Shown piece after piece: positions 63,812-64,000 of a stretch of 64,000 nucleotides of DNA. Every line of letters begins with the position of its first letter. Position 1 is the stretch's first letter. The notes under the pieces were generated by a model, which ran no database searches, was not told the DNA's origin, and was given only the letters and a program-made list of their open reading frames with translations. The stretch covers positions 576,001 to 640,000 of the forward strand of contig CAWFXL010000001.1 of NCBI GenBank assembly GCA_963819815.1, read 5' to 3'. A program made the translations under genes and the position numbers. This DNA comes from an uncultured bacterium. Lineage in GTDB: Bacteria; Babelota; Babeliae; Babelales; Babelaceae.

Positions 63812-64000
63812 CTACTTAGGCGGCATTTTAGATTTTTGCTCAGAAGAAGTCCAATTAAAATTTTTTGTTATACCCCGAACCACTGCACCTAAAAGCAGGT
63901 AAAGAAACGGGGGTAAATCATGTAAGTCCACTATTGCTTCTTCGACCTCAGGTTCAAGGAGATCATCTATATAGCTAACCAACTTCGTAACACCGTTGCC
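63812..64000 (-). CDS. 3' end of a gene entering from the right edge
   Basis: Open frame GNGVTKLVSYIDDLLEPEVEE...KMPPK* ending at 63812. Confidence 0.4.
   Translation of the reverse strand, partial: GNGVTKLVSYIDDLLEPEVEEAIVDLHDLPPFLYLLLGAVVRGITKNFNWTSSEQKSKMPPK

Overview
Bacterial chromosomal window (~41% GC) that looks like a host-associated, protist-infecting lineage, most plausibly Candidatus Dependentiae/Babeliae (TM6). This is inferred from the many signal-peptide orphan proteins, long ankyrin-repeat proteins and eukaryote-like effectors scattered among housekeeping genes. Housekeeping and metabolic genes: DevBCA-like ABC/TolC exporter, alaX, zwf, gnd, recJ, cmk, lysS, two sod genes, ftsB, glmS, rpsI, tRNA-Thr(CGU), tadA, dksA-like, gyrB, tilS, dacB, mpg, ku-ligase and umuDC. 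The most striking observation concerns two divergent paralogous genes for P-loop ATPase-(wHTH)-PD-(D/E)XK nuclease proteins (26812..28251 + and 32001..33473 -). Each is preceded by its own array of inverted-repeat units with almost the same geometry (37-38 bp palindromic unit, 16-18 bp linker, 54-55 bp period) but unrelated sequence (TTGACATGAAAT vs CCAGCGGAA). This suggests a paralog-specific protein/repeat-array system, either an operator array or a structured RNA. Other notable items: tandem secreted kinase-like-ankyrin(-macrodomain) paralogs, a cPLA2/PLB-type phospholipase, a Cys-rich tandem-repeat secreted peptide, and rpsI without rplM. Several essential genes (gyrB, glmS, dacB, tadA/dksA) carry indels, mostly in homopolymers, which are probably sequencing or assembly errors.
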